Shown piece by piece: positions 50,001-61,400 of a stretch of 64,000 nt of DNA. Each line of letters opens with the position of its first letter. The stretch's first letter is position 1. Below the pieces are notes generated by a model. The model saw only the letters and a list, made by a program, of their open reading frames with translations, had not been told where the DNA came from and searched no databases. The position numbers were made by a program, and so were the translations under genes. The DNA is from Phallusia mammillata. Its lineage: Eukaryota. Location of the stretch: positions 13,206,001 through 13,270,000 of the forward strand of contig OZ281501.1 of the NCBI GenBank assembly GCA_965637545.1. Direction: 5' to 3'.

Positions 50001-53000
50001 ATGGTTTAGCATCTGCTGGGGAGGAATGAAAATGTTTTTGATTGTTAAGGAAGGAATTCGTTTAAAATAGTTGGACTGCACTGCTCTAGGCGACTAAATA
50101 GAAAAAAAAGAGAAAACAAACAAACTGAACGCCGTACTTTTTGCTAATGAACAAAAAATTTGGAACACTGTACAAGCATCAGTTCAAGTATTAATGAGGA
50201 AAATAACGCTTGTTTCGCATCTTTTTATTAATCTTTTATGTGACCCAAGTGGTTATGAACGGGTGTAACTGATGTGGCCTTTATATCACTGATGATGAGC
50301 ATTTGCGGAAACGTTTGAATAATAAAGCATGTCGCCTTTAACGTCTAACTAGGCCGTTATTTTCCCAAAAAACATTTGTTTCACTTAATGTCGTGTGCTC
50401 TGACTATACTACCCTCTAAAAATACAAAACATGAAAAGATGTACATAACATAAGGTTGTTTTGACTAAAGGTTTCACATTAGGTATAGTTGTTAGATTGA
50501 ACTGCAAACATAAAATCATACTCAAACCGTAAAAACGCAAATCTTCGTTGGGAAAATATAACAATATGTGCTAAAAATTATACATTCGTTTGGCTTGCTG
50601 ATTTTTTAGCTGTTTTTCGTGGTATAAAAATTGTTTCCTGTGGTTAGTCATAGGTTCAGACTTGTGGAAGTAGTTGCTAACAACATAAATACAGTCATAA
50701 ATATCAAGCTATTCTTGTTTAATAATTATAGCATGTAGAAATATATTGTAATGTGTTCCGGAAATAGTAGATCACGATGTGAGCTACGTGAAAAGGCGAT
50801 ATTGCGACAACGGTTAGACATTTCTGGTTTAATTGACAAAAATATACTTATATTTGTTAAGCTCATTTGATATGACGTTAAAGGTCATATGTCTGATTAT
50901 ATGGCTCGCTTATACCTGCGACAATGCAAAATAAAAAGACCCATATAAATCATCGGCATCAAACAATACATGTAGAAACTAGAAACCTTCGTATTTGGCG
51001 CTGTTTTTTGAAACAAGTTAATGTGTTTTTGTCACATATACATGTCCATGACTCCTATTCATGCCTAAACCCCTATTTTTGCATCTGTTTGAGGCATGGA
51101 CGAATTATACAATGTGCTGGCTTCCTGAGATATACAAACTTTACCAAGTCTTCCAGAAATAAACACACACAAACTGTGGTTGGACAAATTACAGGTGCAT
51201 ATAAGCGAAAAGACGCACTTGGTATCACACCTTAGATTAGATGCGAATGATAAAATCATAATCTACCTGCTGCGTAGATCTTTCCATTAAGTGCAGTAAC
51301 ACCCGCTCCGCAACGTGCTTGGTTGAGCGGGCACAAATGGCTGACCGAGCCCACTGACGAAGTACACGAAGTAGACGATGAACTGAAGTTGCTATGGTGA
51401 CTGCCAGAGTCGTTTGAATGGCCGCTGAAATGATAATACGGACGCTTTATATTTGCAGAAAGCGCTTGATATGGTTAAATAATGTAAATTGGCCATTCAT
51501 GAAATAATACCAATCAATTCATATAGAATAGTGAAGGATAATGTTGGAATAACTTTGTTTTTAGCTTAATGAAAGTCTAATTTTAGTTGAATTGAACAAA
51601 AACTGTTGCTGTGCAAACCAAAACTTATGTGAAATGTGAAATTTTCCTTTTTGAAAATCCTTAAGGGTCGGTGGTCACATTTTGCACACAGGCAACATCT
51701 TTTACTGAGAAATACTTTCACACACTTTTGGAGGTCACCCATTGGCGGGAGGTGAATGGTGAGAGTGCACAGGACATCGCCAACGCAGCAAAGTGCGGCC
51801 ATGTGATCTGAATAGGGAAATAAACAACTAAAGACCTAACAATTGGAAACACACAAACAATGCAAATACATAACAACCGCGGTTCACTATAGTTTTAAGC
51901 CTGACCCTATATACACAGGGGGGCGGCTAGAATTTTAAGATCGTTTAAAAATGGTGGTTGGTTTTTTTTCGTGTACAGTCTAAACCAGTGGTCTCAAACG
52001 GAGGCCACTTTGCTCTTTAAGGGGGGAATTTTTAATTTCCGGAAAGAAATTTGTGGCAGGGGGAAATTGAGGATGAAACAGCGGTGAAAAAAAACTCGTT
52101 TTTAATGTTTAAACAATTTTATTTAAAACATAAAAAATGTAAGACTAGATTTGTCTACAATACAAGTAAATGCAGCTGTAACTGCAGTGACTAGTGCCTT
52201 TGTTGCAATTTTTGTTAAAAAGGAATTTGCGATATTTTGCTTTGTGAAGGAGGAATGTGAAAAAAAAATTTAAGAACCAGTGGTCTAAACAGACACTTCT
52301 ATTCGTATTTGCATAAAATGTTGCCCTGTGGTGACAAATTTGCATGAGCAGTTATTGTATCATGCAAAACATCGAGTTTAAAGCTTGTTTTGAAGAAAGG
52401 GGCGGATCCTTTGGGCTTGGAATCGATTGGTTGGGAGCCCCTTTTTTGCTGTCACGCAAATACTAGATTATCAAGTACGCTACGTGACTATAGAGTAGCT
52501 TCAAGAGCAACTGACATTTTCTTATCGACCCGTTGAGCTGCGGAAATGCCTTCCCAATGTCACTGTCAGAATTGCAAACGCATTAACTCCATTTGGGCTC
52601 CGGTTTTAAGATTTAAATTGTCCGCTAAGCTGAGATTGCATTGTTATACGGCATGGGGTAAATAGTGTGGGAAGACCCTGCACATATTAATATTTTATTT
52701 TGCCCGTCGCACTACAGGCAACGGCTATTTTATCGACCAGACTAACATGATTCGCCGCAGTTTGATGGTGAAAAGATTAAAAAACGTCATATTGCTTCAG
52801 ATGTGAATAAAAATGCATTGGTCTTGTAACAATTTAGTTGGCCACCTTCATATTAGTTTTCTCGGTAAAAGATGGTTATGAAATCTAGTGGTTATGAACT
52901 GGTGTGGCCCCTTATATTACTGATGATGGCGTGAGCATTAGCCGTAACGTTTGAACAATAAAGCATGTTCCTTTTTACGCGTACTTGGGCCGTTAAATTC

Positions 53001-56000
53001 GTCATTAAACTTATGAACAGATCCGTGTATAGTGTTACATGGAATTGTAAACTTTGCTACCATTTTTACAAGTTTTCTTTTTATTTATGTGCAATTCATT
53101 AGACGCTATATAATGCTTTGTACTTGAAATGAATTTTTATACGTGTTTTATGGGAGTATTGTTCTGCTGTTACTTTAGAAAAAGTGTTTATAGTTGCACG
53201 GTTCATTATACATTATATTGTTCATTTTACATCCTGTTATTGCAAAAACATAATTGCATAGCTGTGTGGGCTCCCAAGCTTAAAGCCGCGGTAGACTTAG
53301 CGAGAAACAGTTCATTGAATGTGACAACAGCAACAAACAACTTATTGAGATTTGACACCAGTATACGCCAGCGCGCAACTGAACCAATGGCTTAACCTAT
53401 ACGAATTTCGCATTTACAGAGCAATATTACGAGACTATACTCAAACATTAAGTAAGTAGAACATTAAATAAAGCAATGTGAACCTGGAGTCTGATTGCAA
53501 GCTATCACTTTCCATTCCCCGTCAAGTTTGCTCTCAAGGTGTGTTGAGTCTTCCTCTGAGTCTGAGGATTTCAGAGAGTCCATTGAAGACGAACGAGAAA
53601 GCCGAGTGCTATGTGGCATCACGTGCCGTCCTGCGTATGACGTTTATAAGACTGTTAACGACATAAAGCGCTTCCTCGAAGCATTGAGCCGCTGTGGGAG
53701 GGCCGAAGAAAATATGCTAAATACAATCAAGTGTGGTGTGTGAATTGTGAACACAGGCTCATTATTATCTTGCCTGCTTGGTTTTCAATGAAACAGCAGA
53801 TAAGGATTGAAACCGAAAAAAGGCATCATGTAAAAAATGAAATTTTGGCAATAAATCGGTACACCTTTCTACATAACATACCACAATTTTAACGTGTAAA
53901 TAATTTGTGTTTAAATGGTGGATTATACTTCTGTTCCTAATTAAACTGCGTCAACTCAAAGTTGGATTATATATAGTTAAGCTAACTATAGTTCAGTCAG
54001 TGCTTGGGTATCCACAACGCTGTTTTGTAACGGGCTGTGTAACATGCTTTTTAGGGCTGTGTAACATGCCCAATATTCAGGTACAAATCACTGTCAAGGC
54101 AACATTGCGAGCCTTGTCTCGGCACAAACAGTAAAGGAAGTTAAACCAACGTAACTCGGACAATGGGCCTTACCGCTGACGTCACTTTGCCACCCCCGGT
54201 CTGAGTCCAGCGAAAATTTGCGACTTGCCATTCCCGTGCACACACTCACAGAGTTTTGCAGTTCGTCCGAAGTTACTTTCTGTACCTGCGTCAAAAGTTG
54301 AAAAAAAATTGCACAGTGAATCAGGTTACGATTCGTGGTATTTTGACAATTAACGCTGCGCGCATTCTCTTGTGATATACGAGACTACTACATCGCAACT
54401 GGATTGTGTGTTGTGACATGGGCTGGGTTGGTATTGAGTTGCACAAAGCAAGGAAGGTCACCTCTCCAAAGGTAAAAGGAAAATCAATCACGCTAGGTTG
54501 GTGTTCCTCTGGGTTTGACGCGCCCCAATACATTAGCCAAAATTATCCACCCAATGTTTTGCCAAAACAACAGGAAGACCAACCGATCTGGCTCGGAAAA
54601 TTTACAGTGCATTTTAAATTTGAGGTTCCAGTGTGTATTAATTCATGCAATGAGCTCAACATGCAAGCTGTTGGAAATTGGAAAACATATCAAAGCACTT
54701 AGCCACAAATCCCCATAGCTTAGCACTGCTGGGAAAGTAATTAACCACAGCATGTTGCAAAGGAGAGCAGCATACTAAACTAAGACATGCATATGTGATT
54801 TATTAACCATTATGTGACAATTTGTTAAAATATAAATATGTGAAAATTTCAATAGACCTGTTCAGTGAGTTCTTCAAGATATTGGCCACCTTTTTGCTGG
54901 ATATGTTCATAAATCCAAGATAAAGCAGAAGAACACAATACTCCATCTCTAAAACCAAGTGCTAAACACCCAACAAGATTACTGCTGGCCGACACAGTGA
55001 TTTCCATCTAAAGACAAAACATAAAATAGATTTTTTTAGTGTGCAATTAAATTTAGAACTGTGCATGTAAACGCTAGGTAATATACATGTTTGCGATCAG
55101 TAATATAGTTTAATGTGATGTAATAGGTAGCTTCCCAAACTGAAAAGCAAACACTGCAGAATGAATAGTTTAACCTGTGCCAAGTATCTGTTTGCTAATA
55201 TTACAACATGGGCAAATAAATTATGCAATCCATTTGAAAGTGTGCTAAATGTATTAAAGTGCTGATTAGGGGATTTTAAATATGACACATATATATCATG
55301 TTATCTGGCCTTGGTGGAACTGACCTTTATTCTTGGTAGACTCAAAAAGTCATTGCAAGTAACAACTGACTCAAAATTTTCTTCTATAAAAGAATCCACA
55401 AAGCCTCTCAATTCAATGTCTGCCACGCTTGAAGCAAGCCTAATAAAAATGTTTAATTTCACTGGAATGAAGTTAATATTGAAATGAGAAAAGTAAAAAT
55501 ACCTTCTTGTAGCAACACTTTCATCAACACATAGTTCTGAAACAATATGCCTTCGGCAAATTGGGGTGAGTCTGTCTATTCCAAGTTGACAACAGGCTTT
55601 GTAAACAGCCATTACCAAATTTGATGGGACAACCAGTCTTCAAATTAGTAAAATGTTACTGTTAAAGTTATTTATGGTATTAAAATGATCAAGTCAACTG
55701 CAGACATTTACTTGGATGTGTACATGTATTCAATCAGAATTTCAACCGCATCAGGTATCCAACTGTGCTGGGCAGTATTTAATGGAATCCTAGCAACAGG
55801 TCCTGATTCCTGTTCACCACTACAAAGTTCATTGTAAATAGCCCTCGACATAGAACCAAGTACAACTCGGTGACAATAGAATTCTTTTCCGCCAACCTAA
55901 AAGTTCAATTGTATTCATTGTATGTACAAAAATTAAATAAGTGAAACAGATCAAAGGAAAAATTTGATGCTATTTATAGTGAAAACAAATGGAAGTTCTG

Positions 56001-57038
56001 TCAAATGTCTGAACTTGGAAGAATAACAGACCCTATGATACAAAGCGATTAAAGTACAAAAAAGTTGACACAAGTTTCTTAAAACGGAAACACATTTGTT
56101 GTTTTAAGTCTATTGACACATTTTCACCAACACAATGAGCAATTGTCACAGACCGAGAAGAATCTTATCCAGTACCAAACAAACCATCAAACAAACAGTT
56201 ATGAATAGCAACAATTCTTTTTTTACACCATACAGTTTTACAATGAATATTTAAATGGAAAATGCAGCAGTAAGTATACGTAATTTAACAAACCTGAATG
56301 ACCAAATCACAGAACTGTCTATTCTTGCGAAAAACATTTAAATGATGAATTGTTTCCTCATTGTGTGTTTCATCACTCCATTCCAAAATACTCAACATGC
56401 GACATTTTTTGTTGTAAACCTTTCTGGCTGTTGATAAACTTGCATCTGTTGCAGTAAAACTCTTGTGAAAAAATCAATTACCCCAAACCAATTAAACCTA
56501 TGATGCACATAGTATCTCATTTTTTTAGGCATTTTATTATTACTTATGTAACCTAATGCTTGAAACTTTTAACAATGACATAATTATAATACACAATATT
56601 TCATTTATGACAAAATTGCCTCTTACCATCCTCAAAATCACTTTCATCTGAACCGTCGTCAGAAGAAGAATTAAGTTTGCGGTGCAAATTTCCTTTGGAT
56701 GACAGTTCACAATCTTCTGAAGAAACTAAACTAAGGCTGTCAAATGGTAACCCATCAATGCATCCATGTCCATTTTTCATGACAACATCATCGGTCAAAG
56801 TGATATCAGCCTTTTCACAAGTCGGCAAATCACACCCATGGTCATGATTCTCCCCATTCATTTTTAGGGAAGATTTTGCATCTATTTTTCCATTAGCAAA
56901 ATTCGAAACAGCATGGGCTTCAAAATGGTTTGTTGTATCATTCAATATTGTAGATTTCAAAATGCAACCGTTTATATTTGGCTTCTCTAAAGTCGGTTTC
57001 GAGTCTGAATGGTTTGTTGTCCCGTTTGTTGTATCCAT
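41029..57038 (-). CDS. IVNS1ABP: Influenza virus NS1A-binding protein homolog (BTB-BACK-six Kelch), multi-exon; last exons 44410-44271 and 41181-41029
   Basis: BTB (FCDLVIQVGGKEFYCHRVVL), FLSLPRIK, LEELTEQVQ and EWKVIAC linker match recalled NS1-BP landmarks; six GG/Y/W Kelch repeats assemble in frame. Start codon is the best estimate. Confidence 0.82.
42920..43195 (-). pseudogene. Decayed duplicate of the Kelch exon start at 44410 and its upstream intron
   Basis: AAATCGCCCCT at 42980 vs 44402; the ~130-bp block 43061-43195 aligns with ~44490-44620; the exon copy has an early TGA. Confidence 0.6.
45576..45625 (+). ncRNA. Degenerate minimal hammerhead ribozyme motif, family B copy 2
   Basis: CT-CTGATGA-A-GGCGACCT(GTAT)AGGACATC-CAAAC-GTC-AG-AATAAA. 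Confidence 0.5.
50284..50325 (+). ncRNA. Minimal hammerhead ribozyme motif, family A copy 2 (core intact, stem II shortened)
   Basis: TCA-CTGATGA-TGAGCATTTGCG-GAAAC-GTT-TGA-ATAATAAA. Confidence 0.55.
51986..52282. mobile_element. hAT (Charlie/Buster-like) MITE, 297 bp
   Basis: Imperfect TIR CAGTGGTCTCAAA...TTTAAGAACCAGTG; perfect TSD GTCTAAAC. Confidence 0.8.
52915..52960 (+). ncRNA. Degenerate minimal hammerhead ribozyme motif, family A copy 3
   Basis: TTA-CTGATGA-T-GGC(GTGAGCATTA)GCC-GTAAC-GTT-TGA-ACAATAAA. Confidence 0.5.
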
Positions 57039-57309
57039 GGTGTTTAGGTAATTTATTTGGAAACAGGTGATTGAAAAATATACTTGAAGCTTGTGCTGCA
57101 GTGCTGCACTAAAGTTTGCGTTTACCAAAAGAAATAAGCCCAAATGTCTCATTTAGTTTTTGGTGCATCAATCCGAAGTGATCGTCACAGAACAAAGTCA
57201 TGTTCATTATTTAGGCATATACAATAGTACTGGAAAAATAAATTATCTATCAGTGAAAAATGTCAACACCTTACCAGGAATACCAGCACATGCTTCCTAT
57301 AAAATACCC

Positions 57310-58413
57310 GCCACTACTGGTTCATTCTCATTGATTTTCGTTGTTTTATGCACTTTCTACAAACAGCAGCCTACCACCCGTCACAAAACAACACACTGAG
57401 GACTGAGCTGACCGACTGACCGTGCGAAGCACTGCGAACGGTTGTCATTCTCGGACACATGCCAGTCAGCACGCGGCCACGCGCGCACGCGTCACAACAA
57501 TTCGACGAAGAACTGTTTGACCAATTTAGACTGTAAACGACGACAAAAAGAAAAAAAGGTGAACGTTCTTCCTGGGTCTCGAAAATTCTGCTTCGAGTGC
57601 TACGTGATGTGTTGCCGCAAACATGTTTTCTGGTTGCGAAAAATTCTTCTGTTTGTAATTTTACTTTGTCTCAATTGCTGACTTCTGTGATTTTTATACA
57701 CCTGTCCTCTTTGCTCTGAAAGGGTTTTGCAGGCTTACTGTGTTTGTCAAACCTCAATTCCCAGGAATTTCCTAAATGCTGCACGAAACATTCTCTTGTG
57801 ATTAGCTTTCACACATCAATGTTTTCCTCAAAATTGAGCTCTGATGCTTTTATTTGCAGTTGCATTTTTTGTCAAATGTTTCAGCATTAATTACCCGGAC
57901 CCAAAATTATGGCGATCGATAGCCATAGGTTTATAATTGAAACACAAACCAACAACCAATTGAACTAAATATTTTCCTGTAAATGTTTTTGTTACATTTG
58001 GTTTAAACAAAAAATACGAAACTCCGAAATTTGATTAAGTTTGAAGATTCACGAAAATTTTCCGTAAATTCAAACTCTAATATTCAACCTGATTCAACAG
58101 TACAGCCACATTTGTCTGCAACGTTGTTTATACTTTGGGGCCGCTAAAAAAATTCGTAGGAGCAGCATAGAATTTTTTGTCGTGGTTGGGTGTTATTTCT
58201 ATGGAGCGCACGTGTTCTGCATTGCATGATTTGTAATTTGTATACATCACTTAGGCATTCGTTATTGAGCCATGATGCTTTCATGAAGTTTACTGTAGTC
58301 GATGTTGCTGGTATTTAACTTTTCTTGTTTTAACGATGTGTTTGGCCTAATTTTCTGTTTGTTTTTTGCATAAATTGGTATTATAGTTGTTACAAAAAGA
58401 AAAAAACAACAAA
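57310..58413. promoter_or_regulatory. Likely divergent promoter region between IVNS1ABP (-) and NIP7 (+)
   Basis: Head-to-head arrangement about 1.1 kb apart; CpG-containing patch at 57400-57610; a minus-strand GTAAG donor near 57275 marks an upstream IVNS1ABP exon. Confidence 0.5.
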
Positions 58414-61400
58414 ATGCGGCCATTAACAGAAGAAGAAACGAAGATAATGTTTGAAAAGCTATCAAAATAGTAAGTACTGATCAAGAGATGATTTAGGAAT
58501 TGTATCTTATCTGAAGAGGGTGCTTTCAAGGTTAAACTCGACATAAATTAACACAAAAATTCGATAAAAAAAGTCTGGTCTTAACTCATCATAAGTCATA
58601 ACACAAGGTGTTGGACAAAATCCTTTTGTCACACTACAAAATCCAAAGAATAAAAATAAAGGAAAAAATACTCTGTGTGTGTGTACAGTAGAGATAAACC
58701 CTTGAGTATTTTCTGGCCGATATTGTTTTGGATGCTTTCTAACAGGCCAGTCTGCAGAACATGGCAGTTCCCGATGAGATCTCATGTGTGCAGGACCAAC
58801 ATGTCCCGCATGTGTGCATGCACAACCCGTAAGTTTGTGTGCAAGGCCAATTTCAGCAAGCGCAAAACATGTAAAATAGATCAAGGCAGTACAATTAAGT
58901 ACCTTTCGTGCGAAATTTCTGCATGCAACCCCACAAAATTGGCGTGCAAAAATTTGTTTTCAAAAAATAATCGCTCATGCAGCTGCCACACTCTGCAGAC
59001 TGGCTAACAGGGATTGATTGAGCTCTTGGTTTTGTCAGAAATACCAATGAAGCTTTTATGTTGTGGTTCCCCTTCAAAGATCTATGTTCTGGTTTGTTGA
59101 TTGTTTTTAGTGCTATTGTGTTGCTATATTTCCTTTCACCAAGCGAAATAAACTCAACTCAACTCATGTTAAATCTAACATTATCTGCATTACTTTTTTA
59201 GCATTGGTGAAAACATAAAAAGTCTAATTGATCGACCAGATGGAATGTATTGCTTCCGATTACACAAGGAAAGAGTTTACTATGTTTCTGAAGATATCAT
59301 GAAGAAAGCTGCCAATGTGTGCAGGGAAAATCTGATTAGTTTTGGTGTTTGTTTCGGAAAGTTTACCAAAACAAAAAAGTTTCGACTGCACATAACAGCA
59401 CTTGACTACCTCGCACCCTATGCCAAAGTCAGTAATCTATTTTTGTGAATTAGAATTAACCATAATCCAGCGTATATCCTTCACATATATGAAACTGAAC
59501 AATCAATTTTTATATTATCACATTTTTTGGGTTAAATGAATTTGAAACAGTAATATATTATTCATAAAACGAAATGTCAACTCGATTACATACCAAAAGT
59601 GACTTAAATGTAATAAATTCAACTTTACATATAGTTTAAGATCTGGGTGAAACCAAGCTCTGAACAATCGTTTCTTTATGGAAACCACATCCTTAAATCT
59701 GGCCTGGGCAGAATTACTGACAACACATCAAAATATCAAGGAGTTGTCATCTATTCAATGGCAGATGTCCCTCTGGTATGTTGAAGTTCCCCCTTGTCTT
59801 TTTATACATAATTATGGGTCCCCTTCCCTGAAGGGGACACATATTGTTTTTGTCCGTATTTTTTTTTTCTTTTTTCTGTTTAACGCTGGTTTGTGAGACG
59901 TGTTTGGTCATGAAAGAGTGCTTCAAATTTATTCAAATTTACAGAGATGTTAGTTAATAATCCAAATTTGATCCTCCTGAAGTTTGACCCCTATTGACCC
60001 AGTGGTTTACCCACAGGCCCCCAAAACGTAAAAATTTTAAACGCTGGTTTGTGAGACGTGTTTAGTCAAGAAAGAGTGCTTCAAATTTATTCAAATTTAC
60101 AGAGATGTTAGTTAATAATCCAAATTTGATTCTCCTGAAGTTTGACCCCTATTGACCCAGCGGTTTACCCATAGGCCCCCAAAACGTAAAAATTTTAAAC
60201 GCTGGTTTGTGAGACACGTTTAGTCAAGAAAGAGTGCTTTAAATTTATTCAAATTTACAGAGATGTTCGTTAATAATCCAAATTTGATCCTCCTGAAGTT
60301 TGACCCTGATTGACCCAGCGGTTCACCCACAGGCCCCCAAAACGTAAATTTTTTAAAACAGCTGTACTAACTAAAGTACAGCATCTTGGAGTTCCATGCT
60401 TTGTTGTTTGGTGCAATGTAAGGTTTTTTAAAGAATTTTGTATCTTTTTTTCGGATTCACCAATTTTTCACCATTTAAGCCCCCAAATTTTCGGTTTTAG
60501 TTTTAGGCAAGAAATACAAGCCCTATGGTTCAGAAATTTTTAAAAATTTTAACAATTGTTTAAGCAAGGTATTCGTTTAGTATTTAAAATTTTGCCAGTT
60601 ACTTTTATAACCCATAATATGTTTACGCTATCAGTCAGATATAAGTCCCAAGGGAGAAATTCACTGGTTTATGATTAAGGCGGCAGAGCGGGAGTTCCCG
60701 GCTTGACGGCCGGACAGACGTTTTACGAGACGTTCGTTTTGGGTGATTAGAAATCAGCTGTTCTTTGTACTCGATAAACGTAGTTCGGTTTCGTTTATGA
60801 CAGGCAAAACGTCGTTGATCAACATAAATATGAAAAAATAAATTTAACTTTTTTTCGAACGCCGTGATAAATGCTCTTTAATTTCTCGTTGTCAGCTTGG
60901 CCGTCGCATAACCACTGGTCACTATAGGTCAACTTGTACGCATTACAACACAGTTAAGAATTTTTCGTCATAACGTATCTTCTTTATTTTTGACACATCA
61001 ATTCAAGAATTAGTACTAATGTCATGTATAAATTAGGCTAAACGGTGTTGTTGAACACTAAGGACTGCACGCTGTTAAAAAAAGTGTCAAAAGGTCATGA
61101 AATGGTCGTTTTTGCTAAACAAAGTTTAGTGAAAAACAAGTTGTTATATATACCTTTGTAGCAAACGACTTTTTTTTTATATAGTGTCTAATGTAACAGT
61201 TAGGGCTTTCTAGTAAAACTTACAAAGTTTAGTGAAAAACAAGTTGTTATATATACCTTTGTAGCAAGCGACTTTTTTTATATAGTGTGTAATGTAACAG
61301 TTAGGGCTTTCTAGTAAAACTTGTGTTTAAAAACTGAACGACAATATCAAGGTCAAAGCAAGAGATTAAATTGAAAGTATTTTCCCCGTTCTTTTTTCAT

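Noticed and set aside
54321-54718. Several 67-98 aa ORFs and an acceptor in an IVNS1ABP intron
   Set aside because: No recognisable domain; the in-phase reading from the acceptor stops after three codons.
59883-60357. Regular repeats as a possible CRISPR array
   Set aside because: Contiguous 158-bp units without unique spacers, in a eukaryotic intron.
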